64,000 nt of DNA from Planctomycetota bacterium. GTDB lineage: Bacteria; Planctomycetota; GCA-002687715; CAIWVZ01. The stretch lies in assembly GCA_044222185.1 (NCBI GenBank), contig JBGANV010000003.1:704001-768000 (forward strand), given 5' to 3'. Within the stretch, counting starts at the first letter, position 1. The number at the start of each line of letters is the position of its first letter. The notes under the pieces were generated by a model. It was not told the origin of the DNA, did no database searches, and saw only the letters and a program-made list of their open reading frames with translations. Below, piece by piece: positions 20,195 through 28,840 of the stretch. The translations under genes and the position numbers were made by a program.

Positions 20195-21346
20195 TCAGGG
20201 AACGAAGCGCACGTGCACAACCTCGCCGGGTACGAGCCCGAGCTCCGGATCGGGCAGGATCAGAACAGGGCGCGCGAACTCGGGGCGATTTCGGTCGCGC
20301 CACAGCCGCTCGGGCAGACGCGCGATCTGAGGCCCCATCGCCGGCCTCGCCGCCAACGAGGCGTGAACGCGGCCGCCCCGCCGCACGATCTCCACCTTCG
20401 TCGCGGAATCGGGTAACGCCTCGCCTTCGGGAATGAACGCTTCGATGCCGTCCGCGCGCTCACCCAAGACGCACGCGACGCGCTGCCCGTCCGCCACGGT
20501 CTGCCCGCGCAACACCGGCAGCTCGGTGATTCGGCCCGTGACCGGAGTGCGGATGATCAGCCGCCGCCGCTCCAGTTCGATCTGGTTGAGCCTGGCGCGC
20601 TCGACGAGGACCTGTTCCTCGAACGCGCGCAGCACCGCCGGTTGATCGATCCCGCCAACGAGACCTTCGAAGCGCTTGCGGCGCGACTCGGCGGCCGCAC
20701 ACTCGGCCTGATTCTCCTTCAGCGCCTCGGCCCGGGCGGCCAGGCGTCGATCGAACACCTGGCGACGCATGAGGAGGTCGTCGACGTCGGCACGACTGAC
20801 GACTCCGGGCGTGGCGAGAGCCTGCGTTCGTTCGAGTTGAACGCGAAGGCGCTCGATCTCCGCGCGATCCGCCTCCATTTCCGTTTCGATCGACCGCGTC
20901 GCGAGACGAAGCCGGCTCTCCGTATCGAAGAACCGCTGGAGCTCTGCGGCGTGGTCGGTGGCGGCCTGGCGCGACTCGGCATGCATCCGCGCCTGCTCGG
21001 CGGCGGCCGCGGCCGCGAGTTGCTCGATGGTCGCTCGCGCCGTCGCGGCCCGCGCGTCGAGTTCCGCCTCGTCGAGCACGACGATCACGTCGCCGGCCTG
21101 CACTCGATCGAAGAGCGATACCCGGACGTCCGTGATCGCCCCGGCAACGGGGGCCGTGATCTCGCAGCGCGCGCTTCGGACCTCCCCCACGAACGCCACC
21201 GCCGGCGAGCGCATCCCGATCATCCGGAACGCCGCCACCGCGGCGGCAACCCAGACGACGAACACGACCGGACCGCGAGCGAGGTCACCGAGTCGCTGTC
21301 CGAGCGGCGTGGATACGGTTCGCGCGTGTCCCCGATCGGTGATCAC
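20195..21346 (-). CDS. HlyD-family periplasmic adaptor (membrane fusion protein), copy 1
   Basis: One N-terminal TM; lipoyl halves ITAPVAGAITDVRV...VQAGDVIVVLD and IRTPVTGRI...GQTVADGQ around a long coiled coil; ends LVPGEVVHVRF. Confidence 0.85.
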   Translation of the reverse strand: MITDRGHARTVSTPLGQRLGDLARGPVVFVVWVAAAVAAFRMIGMRSPAVAFVGEVRSARCEITAPVAGAITDVRVSLFDRVQAGDVIVVLDEAELDARAATARATIEQLAAAAAAEQARMHAESRQAATDHAAELQRFFDTESRLRLATRSIETEMEADRAEIERLRVQLERTQALATPGVVSRADVDDLLMRRQVFDRRLAARAEALKENQAECAAAESRRKRFEGLVGGIDQPAVLRAFEEQVLVERARLNQIELERRRLIIRTPVTGRITELPVLRGQTVADGQRVACVLGERADGIEAFIPEGEALPDSATKVEIVRRGGRVHASLAARPAMGPQIARLPERLWRDRNRPEFARPVLILPDPELGLVPGEVVHVRFVP

Positions 21347-21349
21347 TCT

Positions 21350-22039
21350 TCAGGTCTCCGCGAGATCGTCGTGCAGTACGAAGGCCACGCGACCACGATC
21401 GTCGAGCGACTGGAGCTCCACGGCGAAGTCGTCGCCCCGCCGTCGATCGCGCAGTCGTACCTGATACACGTACTCCACCACGCCGTCGCCGTGCCGGCTC
21501 GACAGTCGCTTGGCAGCCAGGCAGTGTCGGCGCAGGACGGCCGGCAGGACCTCCACGGCCGCCGGTGCCTGGAACCGGCACGTCAGATGCCCGTCGAAGC
21601 GACCCCGATTGCCGAAATCGACGACGTTCAGGTACGTGGTGACGGCGACCATGATCACCGCGCCCGGGACGGCTGCGTCGTACCGCTGCGAACCGCAAGC
21701 CATTCCGAGGACGAGCGTCGTGAAGACGAACACGGTGTCGCGCGTGTCCTTGAGCACGTTGCGGAACCGGACGAGGGCCAGGGCGCCGATCAACCCGAAC
21801 GCCGTGACGAGGCTGTTGCCGATCACGAACATCACGAGTGCGACGATCATCGTCATCAGCACCAGCGACTGCGCGAATGCACGCGAGTAGGACAGGCCCG
21901 AGTGCGTGCGCGTGTACGTCCACGACAGGAGCTGGCCGATCACGAACGACATGAGCACGGCTGGGATGAGCGTGGTGACACCGAACTCGGGCGTCTCGTG
22001 AACGCCGGGGTACGAGAGAATCCGACTGAGCTCATCCAT
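21350..22039 (-). CDS. DUF4956 membrane protein, copy 1
   Basis: YSRAFAQSLVLMTMIVALVMFVIGNSLVTAFGLIGALALVRFRNVLKDTRD signature; soluble C-terminal domain; start MDELSR overlaps the VTC stop. Confidence 0.9.
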   Translation of the reverse strand: MDELSRILSYPGVHETPEFGVTTLIPAVLMSFVIGQLLSWTYTRTHSGLSYSRAFAQSLVLMTMIVALVMFVIGNSLVTAFGLIGALALVRFRNVLKDTRDTVFVFTTLVLGMACGSQRYDAAVPGAVIMVAVTTYLNVVDFGNRGRFDGHLTCRFQAPAAVEVLPAVLRRHCLAAKRLSSRHGDGVVEYVYQVRLRDRRRGDDFAVELQSLDDRGRVAFVLHDDLAET

Positions 22040-22859
22040 GTTCGGCCAGCACCTCGGTTCGCGACGCCACCTTCGGCACGAGGTCCGGCGCACGCCGCGC
22101 ACCTTCCGTCTCGACACGACGGTGGCCGAGCATCCCCCGTCTCCTCGCGTCTTCGACGCAGAGGACGTACTTCGCCACCGACTCCCGCTGCAACTCGAAC
22201 TGGCGAACGAGGGCCAGCCCCCAGGATGGGAGCCGCTCCGTGAACTTGAACTCCAACACGACGCCGGGGAGGCGGATCGGCATCCATCCATCACCCCCCA
22301 ACCGGGTCTGCGGAGACGTGGTGAGGCTGTAGGAAAGCTCGGAGTCGAACGTGACGCGCAGCGGCGCCGAGTCCAGGCCTTCGTACGCCTCGCGCTCGTA
22401 GCGCACGCACAGGACCGGTGCGGCCGCGATGCGCGCCCGTTTCTCCATGAAGTCCGCGACCGCCGCATGGTCGCGAGACCGCGTCTGCGGAGTGAATCCG
22501 ACCACGAGCTCCGCCGCCTCGGACTTCGGCATCGGGGCGCGGGCCTTCGTGACGATGCCGTTCATGCGCGCCTTGACCTCCGAGAACACGGGCGACGCCG
22601 GATCGTCGGAGTAGCTGCGAACTCGGAGCTTGAACCGCGTCTTCTCGCCGTGGACGGTCGCTCGCAGCAGCGCGAAGTCCGCGCTGTCGAGATACAGACT
22701 GCTGATGACGTAGCGGTGATCAGGGGCCACCAGCGAGTACCGATCGAGGGTCACGAACGGCGCGATGAAGCGCCGAAGCGTGGGCAGGAGTCCGGGCGAC
22801 ACGATGTATTTGCACTCGTACCGCGAGGTCAGCGTCCGGTCGAACGATGGCGAGGTCAT
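22032..22859 (-). CDS. VTC-domain (polyphosphate polymerase, CYTH fold) protein, copy 1
   Basis: RYECKY, ISSLYLDS, RFKLRVRSY, EVK, YEREAY, RVTFD, VLEFKF, AKY. Confidence 0.92.
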   Translation of the reverse strand: MTSPSFDRTLTSRYECKYIVSPGLLPTLRRFIAPFVTLDRYSLVAPDHRYVISSLYLDSADFALLRATVHGEKTRFKLRVRSYSDDPASPVFSEVKARMNGIVTKARAPMPKSEAAELVVGFTPQTRSRDHAAVADFMEKRARIAAAPVLCVRYEREAYEGLDSAPLRVTFDSELSYSLTTSPQTRLGGDGWMPIRLPGVVLEFKFTERLPSWGLALVRQFELQRESVAKYVLCVEDARRRGMLGHRRVETEGARRAPDLVPKVASRTEVLAEHG

Positions 22860-22892
22860 GCTGATTCCAGGCAGGCGTGGAGGTTCGCGGCG

Positions 22893-24317
22893 TCACTGCG
22901 TCACGGGAATGGCGCAGGTCGTGAGGGCGAACGCCGGGAGGTCGAGCGCCTGGAACGCGACGCCGAACCCCGGCGGCAGCGTGGGGACGGCGAACGTGAA
23001 CTGGGCGTAACCCTGCGAGCTCACGGGCACCGGCGGCAGCGCGGTGATGAGGCCCCACAGCGGATCGACGAAGTCGTCCGTGTAGAGCTCCGGGAAGCCG
23101 CCCGGAACGCTCACGGCCGGGACGTAGGGAACGACGACCGTGCGCGGCGTGTATCCGCCGAGTGCCGTGACCTGCGCGAGATTCGCCATCAGCAGCACGC
23201 TCCCGTTCGGAGATGCGCCGCCGACGCCGAGGACGAGCGACCCCGGCGTCACGAGTTCCGTGTCATGGATGTTCAGGAGCCGCGGCGCCGTCGACAGCGA
23301 TCCGGCACGGACCGCGATCCCCGTCACCGTGTGCACCGCGCCACCGTCGAAGTTGGTCGGCCCGAGCCCCAGCGCGGGGCCGCCGCTGAGTATCACTCCG
23401 TTGCGCGAAGCGATGGATCCACCGGTACGCGTGCTGCAGATGACCGCCGTCGACGAACCATCTCCGGAGAGCCAGAGGTTCGGAATCGTGAACCCCGTTC
23501 CCGCGACGACGACCGTCCCACCGGCGGGGTCGATCTCGAGCCCGTCGAGGTCCCCCACGACTCCGATGCCGGCGTTCGCGAAGTAGACGTTCACGTCGGC
23601 CTCGCGCAGGACGATCTGGGCCGCCCCGGGCGTCACGAACGCCACCGTACCGTCGGGGTTGGCGACGTATGCCGCGGCGGGAAGTCGCACGACACCACCA
23701 TCCTCCACGGTCACGCCGTTCACGGTCTGCGGGAGCGTCATGCTCCAGTAGATGTCACCGTTCGACGCGACGCAGATCCCGTCGACGTCGATGTCGAGCC
23801 CCGGAGTCGCCATGGCCGAGGCGATCTGAACGCGGGTGATGAAGTACGTGACGCCTCCGGCGGGACGCAGGCGCACGACGTCGCCGTCGTCGATCGGAGA
23901 CACCACGCGCCCCTGCCCGCCGTGATCGTGGGAGAACGACAGGTAGAAGTCGAAGATCGTCGGCGGGTTCTGCGTTCCAGGGACGAACTGGATGGCGTCG
24001 ATCCTTCCGACGACTCCTTCGGTGTAGAGGCCGTCGCCGTCGTCATCGCCGAAGTAGGCCGCCCAGGTCGCTTTCGTCGCGCAGCCGTACGCGGTGAATG
24101 GCGTCGTCGCCGACGGAGACACCACCATCACGGACTCGTTGCCGAAGATCGCCCCGGGATTTCCTGGGAACAGAACCGAGCCGCCCGCGCCGGAGGCCGC
24201 GACCTCTTTCCCGTCCGTCGAGAACGCCAACGTGAATGGCGTCTGGGCCGGGACCGATCGGCAGAGCCCGAGGAGTGTGATGGTGAGTGCGGCCAGCGTG
24301 GTTCGTGTGCGCGTCAT
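22893..24317 (-). CDS. Secreted hypothetical protein with acidic beta-repeat region and C-terminal beta-rich domain
   Basis: MTRTRTTLAALTITLLGLCRSVPA|Q signal; repeats RIDAI/DVDGI/DLDGL and DDGDVVRL/EDGGVVRL; lies between CotH and VTC. Confidence 0.8.
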   Translation of the reverse strand: MTRTRTTLAALTITLLGLCRSVPAQTPFTLAFSTDGKEVAASGAGGSVLFPGNPGAIFGNESVMVVSPSATTPFTAYGCATKATWAAYFGDDDGDGLYTEGVVGRIDAIQFVPGTQNPPTIFDFYLSFSHDHGGQGRVVSPIDDGDVVRLRPAGGVTYFITRVQIASAMATPGLDIDVDGICVASNGDIYWSMTLPQTVNGVTVEDGGVVRLPAAAYVANPDGTVAFVTPGAAQIVLREADVNVYFANAGIGVVGDLDGLEIDPAGGTVVVAGTGFTIPNLWLSGDGSSTAVICSTRTGGSIASRNGVILSGGPALGLGPTNFDGGAVHTVTGIAVRAGSLSTAPRLLNIHDTELVTPGSLVLGVGGASPNGSVLLMANLAQVTALGGYTPRTVVVPYVPAVSVPGGFPELYTDDFVDPLWGLITALPPVPVSSQGYAQFTFAVPTLPPGFGVAFQALDLPAFALTTCAIPVTQ

Positions 24318-24391
24318 TTCAGTCGACCTTGGTGAGGGGAACACGCGAGGTTGCGGGCGGACCGAGCGGCGCATGGGCGCCGCTCCAAACC

Positions 24392-26794
24392 TCATGGGCA
24401 CAAGCGGACGTCGAGAGCGCGGCTCGCGCGCGCGCTCGCGCCGTCGGGTGCACCGACCTGGAGGAAGAGGTGCAGTCCCGCGAGTGCAGGGTCGCTCGGG
24501 AGCGTGACGGGGAGCACCGCCGCGCCCGCACCGTCCAACGGAAGGCTGAGCCACAGGAGCGACGTCGGATCCACGAGCAGGGTCACGGGCGTGCCTGCGA
24601 CCGGGATGTGCGCCCCTGCGCCCGAAGCGAACAGGAGTGCGAAGCCGGATGCCGGACCATTCCCCACTTGGAATTGGACGTTCGTCCCCACACCAGCGGT
24701 GCCGGACATCGTGAACGTCATGACGTGCGACGTGGGTGCAAGCGCCGTGTAAGCCCTCGCCCCGCACGCCGTCAGCTCGTTCACCGCACCCGGCGTCGGC
24801 GTCGGGAACGACACGAAGGGAAGACCGCCGTCGTAAAGGCGTCCCGTGGAGACGTTCGCGACCTGGGCGCCGAACGCGATCGAATCCAAGAGCGTCACAC
24901 CGTCGGATGCAAACAGCGAAACGCTCTCACCCCCGGCGGACAGTTTGAAATTCGCGTGGAGCGGTCCCTGGATGGCGTCCTCGTCGCACCAGACGAGCAG
25001 CGTCCCGTTGGCTGGAAGTGTCTGGCCCGCCGGCAACTGGAACTTGGTCGGGTTGAGCAGATCGTCCGTCAGGTACATCCCACCGACGGTGACGGGCGCG
25101 CTGGACGCGTTGTACAGCTCGACGTAGTCCTCGAACTCACCGAACCCGTCCGTGATCACCGACGTGTTCTGAGCCAGGAGTTCGTTGATGCGCGCGGGCG
25201 AGGTCCCCGTTGGCCATGCCACCTGGAACGCGTTCGCGTGGTGCTCGGCGGTCTTTGGAGCAAAGGTCAGTCGCCCGGCAGCAGTGGCAGCCGCGGCGTA
25301 ATACTCGACGAGCGTGCCGGGCGGGACCGCCGGCAGCGTGACGCCGAACGTGCCGTCGCCCGGGGCCCCGTCGCAGTGATTGCCGTCGTCGAACATGGGT
25401 GTCGACAAGAACGGACCTGCGGTCCGGTAGAAGAGCGTGACGGTGCTCGCGAGGCTCGACGCCTGCACCGTGAAGCAGACCGACTGCTGAGGCGTCGGGG
25501 CCGCGGGCGAATGATTCAGGTTCGTCAGCGTGGCTCGCGTCCCCGCGAACTCCGGTTGCGACAGAAGGTAGGTGCGACGGCCCGTGATCAGGGGCTGAAG
25601 TCCCGGGACCGTCGTGCTTCCGCCCCCCGGCCCGCCGCCACCGGTCACCGTCACCGGCGCCGTCACGTTCGTGTTGAACTGCGCGTACGTGTAGATCTTC
25701 TTGGGATCGGCGAGCACGTCGGCGTCGATCATGGCGTGATACTGGTTGATGAGCGGTCCGAGGACGTTCCAATCCCACGTGTCCTCGAGCATCGTCCGGT
25801 AGTGCGCGATGTACCGCTGGTTCCAGTCCGCGAAGGTGAGCGTCTTCGAGAACGCCGGCCGCGTGGCGAGTGTCGTCTGGTACCACATGCTGAGCGTCGT
25901 GCTGCCGGCAAGAGCCTCGTTCAGGTCGAACGGGAACATGTGGAACTGGCCGAACGTCGTGTCGTGATAGAGAAAGTGGTCCTTGCCGGATTCGAGGTAG
26001 CTGTCGGTGTTCGTCGTGATGCTCATGCACGCGGCATACCGATAGAACTGGTCCACGCTGAAGATCGTCGGCACCGTCGCCTGGATCAGCGAGTTCGGCG
26101 TGTTGTTGAGCAGGTTGCACAATTGCATGAGGTCCGTGCCGTCACCCTGCTTGGCCTGGTACGCGTCCAGATAGGACTGGACGACGCTCCCGAGCCACGT
26201 CAACGCGCAGCGGCCGTTCTGGAATCCGCCCGTCGTCGGGAACCCGCGATAACGATTTCCGTCGTTCGTGCGGAACCACTGCCCGGCCCATTTCGCATTC
26301 GGCTGCTGGACGTTGATGTACACACCCCAGAACTGGTTGTTGATGTAGAGCCGCACGAAGTTGCACCGCGGTGCCGGACCGTACTGCCTCATGATGTAGT
26401 AGGTCAGGAACTCGCGAATGAACGTGGGGTCGTGGAACCCGTTGTTGAGGTTGATGTGGTCGTACCCGAGGAGGTCCTGTCCAGGCACGAAGCTGTCGGT
26501 CTTGATGTTCAACCCGACCTTTTGCGACCCGGCGGGGAGCTGCGTGTAGGACGTGTTTCCGCGGATGCGCACCCCCACGTTCGGAAGCGCGATCCCGTCG
26601 ACCGTCAGCGTTCCCGGGATCTCCACCTCGGAGACGTAGTTCTGCTGCAGCAGCGTGAACCAGTTCGACTGGGCGAACGTCAGGTAGAAGGTGCGGTAGG
26701 TGGTCGGGTCGTACAGGTCGGGCGCCTGGCCGGCGGCGAACCCCGCGGCAAGCGTCATCGAGAGACCTATCGTTGCGACGATCGGGTGTTTCAT
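24392..26794 (-). CDS. Secreted CotH-family kinase with lamin-tail domain and C-terminal beta-rich domain
   Basis: GVRIRGNTS, LNN...DPTFIRE, APRCNFVRLYIN...GVY, NTDSY, PFDLNE kinase motifs; MFDDGNHCDGAPGDGTFG module; RINELLAQN...DYVELYN LTD. ATG 26794 follows GGAG. Confidence 0.92.
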   Translation of the reverse strand: MKHPIVATIGLSMTLAAGFAAGQAPDLYDPTTYRTFYLTFAQSNWFTLLQQNYVSEVEIPGTLTVDGIALPNVGVRIRGNTSYTQLPAGSQKVGLNIKTDSFVPGQDLLGYDHINLNNGFHDPTFIREFLTYYIMRQYGPAPRCNFVRLYINNQFWGVYINVQQPNAKWAGQWFRTNDGNRYRGFPTTGGFQNGRCALTWLGSVVQSYLDAYQAKQGDGTDLMQLCNLLNNTPNSLIQATVPTIFSVDQFYRYAACMSITTNTDSYLESGKDHFLYHDTTFGQFHMFPFDLNEALAGSTTLSMWYQTTLATRPAFSKTLTFADWNQRYIAHYRTMLEDTWDWNVLGPLINQYHAMIDADVLADPKKIYTYAQFNTNVTAPVTVTGGGGPGGGSTTVPGLQPLITGRRTYLLSQPEFAGTRATLTNLNHSPAAPTPQQSVCFTVQASSLASTVTLFYRTAGPFLSTPMFDDGNHCDGAPGDGTFGVTLPAVPPGTLVEYYAAAATAAGRLTFAPKTAEHHANAFQVAWPTGTSPARINELLAQNTSVITDGFGEFEDYVELYNASSAPVTVGGMYLTDDLLNPTKFQLPAGQTLPANGTLLVWCDEDAIQGPLHANFKLSAGGESVSLFASDGVTLLDSIAFGAQVANVSTGRLYDGGLPFVSFPTPTPGAVNELTACGARAYTALAPTSHVMTFTMSGTAGVGTNVQFQVGNGPASGFALLFASGAGAHIPVAGTPVTLLVDPTSLLWLSLPLDGAGAAVLPVTLPSDPALAGLHLFLQVGAPDGASARASRALDVRLCP

Positions 26795-27078
26795 GGGAGC
26801 CATCTCCGAAGGCGAGTCCGCGGGGCCTTGCCGGGCATGACTCAGCCGGCGGACCGTTTTCAGCAGCCCTTCACGTGATTTCGCCGTTCACTCGACGGTG
26901 CCCGGATGACGGGCCCGACCTTCGATCGGACCGACCGCCCGTCCCGCGACGCCCTGACTCGTCGCCGCAACTCGTTTTGACACCAGGACATGTTTCCGGC
27001 GCGACGACATCGCGCCGGGGAGCGGGAGCGTCGCCCGTCCGTAGCACCGCGAAGGGCCGAGCCCGCCGGAGAACCGCC

Positions 27079-28221
27079 ATGACCCAGACTCGCCGTGACT
27101 TCCTTCGCACCACCGCCGCCGCCGCGCTCGTTGGCGTGCTGCCGTCGACTTCAGCCCGCCCAGTCCGCCAGGACTCGGCGCCGACCAAGGGTCTCAAGAT
27201 CCTCATCCTCGGCGGAACGAACTTCCTCGGCCCAGCCTGTGTGGAAGCCGCGCGGGCGAGAGGTCACACCGTCACCCTCTTCAACCGCGGCAAGCACAAC
27301 CCGGACTGGTTCCCCGACGTCGAGAAGCTCCACGGCGATCGTGATCCGAAGAAGGACAAGGGCCTCTCGGCATTGAAGGACCGCAAGTGGGACGCCGTTC
27401 TCGACAACTCGGGCTATTACCCGCGGACCGTGAAGGCCTCCGCGGAGTTGCTCGCGCCGAACGTCGGGCACTACACGTTCGTCTCGACGCTCTCCGTCTA
27501 CGCGGACACGGAAACCGAGAACCAGGACGAGACGGGCAAGCTGCTCACGATCGCCGATCCGACCGTCGAGACGATGGGCAAGGAATTCGAGAACTACGGC
27601 CCGCTGAAGGCGCTCTGCGAGAAGGCCGCGGAGGAGGCCATGCCGGGCCGAGTCGCCGTCGTACGGCCGACGTACATCGTCGGGCCTGGAGACACGAGCG
27701 ACCGGTTCACCTATTGGCCGGCGCGGTTCGCCCGCGGCGGCGACGTCCTCGTGCCGGGCACTCCGCAGGATCCGGTTCAGATCATCGACGTGCGCGACCT
27801 CGCTGAATGGATGATTCGACTCGCCGAGGCGAAGACGGCCGGGGTCTTCAACGCACTCGGTCCGGTGCCGCCGCTGAAGTGGGGAACCCTCGTCGAGGCA
27901 TGCCAGGCGGCGGGCAACAAGACGGCGAAACCCATCTGGGTCAACGCCGAGTTCATGGCGAAGTTCATCAAGCCTGACGATGACGTCGGCATTCCGATCT
28001 GGATCCCGCCCGTCGGCAAGACGAAGGGTTTCCACACGTTCAGTGCCGCTCGATCCGTGAAGGCAGGCCTCACCTACCGTCCCGTGGCAACCACGGTGAA
28101 CGACACGCTGAAGTGGTGGAACAGCCAAACCGAGGAGCGCCGTGCGAAGCCGCGTGCCGGACTCACTCCCGAGAAGGAGACGGAGATCCTCACGGCCTGG
28201 GCGAAGTCGCAGGCGAAGTAG
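27079..28221 (+). CDS. Tat-exported NAD-dependent epimerase/dehydratase (atypical SDR)
   Basis: TRRDFL Tat motif; ILILGGTNFLG, TLFNRG, YGPLK, VRPTYIVGPGD. Confidence 0.9.
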   Translation: MTQTRRDFLRTTAAAALVGVLPSTSARPVRQDSAPTKGLKILILGGTNFLGPACVEAARARGHTVTLFNRGKHNPDWFPDVEKLHGDRDPKKDKGLSALKDRKWDAVLDNSGYYPRTVKASAELLAPNVGHYTFVSTLSVYADTETENQDETGKLLTIADPTVETMGKEFENYGPLKALCEKAAEEAMPGRVAVVRPTYIVGPGDTSDRFTYWPARFARGGDVLVPGTPQDPVQIIDVRDLAEWMIRLAEAKTAGVFNALGPVPPLKWGTLVEACQAAGNKTAKPIWVNAEFMAKFIKPDDDVGIPIWIPPVGKTKGFHTFSAARSVKAGLTYRPVATTVNDTLKWWNSQTEERRAKPRAGLTPEKETEILTAWAKSQAK

Positions 28222-28235
28222 ACGGACGCTTCGGT

Positions 28236-28673
28236 TCAGCCGCTCGACGGCGGACGCGTCATTTCGAAGCGCTGCTCGCCACTGGCGACAGCGCCCACGC
28301 GCGTCCAGCCCGCAGCCTCGTAGAAGCGCTCGGCCCGCGTGCCTGGCGCGGTCGTCAGCCAGAGGCGATCGAGCGCCTGCGTCCAAAGCCACGCGACCAT
28401 GACGTCGTGGAGGCGGCGACCGATCCCGCGGCCTTCGTGCGCGGGATCGACGAACAACGCCCAGATGTTGCCGGTGCGGCCGTTTCCCACGGCGAACCCC
28501 GCGATGGTGCCGTCGACCTCGGCGACCCAGCCGCGACCGACGTCCTCCATCTGCGGGACGTAGCTCGCCTCGGTCACGATGGCGGAAACGAGTCGGTTCT
28601 CGCGAACACCCATGCGGATGCTATGCATGGCCGGGATGTCCCCGCGGCGCGCCTGGCGAATGGTGACGGTCAT
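28236..28673 (-). CDS. GNAT N-acetyltransferase
   Basis: NIWALFVDPAHEGRGIGRRL...RAERFYEAAGW; start MTVTIRQA is inferred. Confidence 0.9.
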   Translation of the reverse strand: MTVTIRQARRGDIPAMHSIRMGVRENRLVSAIVTEASYVPQMEDVGRGWVAEVDGTIAGFAVGNGRTGNIWALFVDPAHEGRGIGRRLHDVMVAWLWTQALDRLWLTTAPGTRAERFYEAAGWTRVGAVASGEQRFEMTRPPSSG

Positions 28674-28840
28674 CGCCCAACGATAGCGACGCCTGCCCAC
28701 GACCCGGCGCCCGCCGTCGCACCGCGAGCGGCGCCGGCCCCGCGCAGGTTTTTTTCCCACGCGACGTCACTTCCGCGTCACTCGCCCCCATGAGGACCCC
28801 AGGGGGCTCGGTGATCCGGGCCCGGCCCAGGATTCACCTC

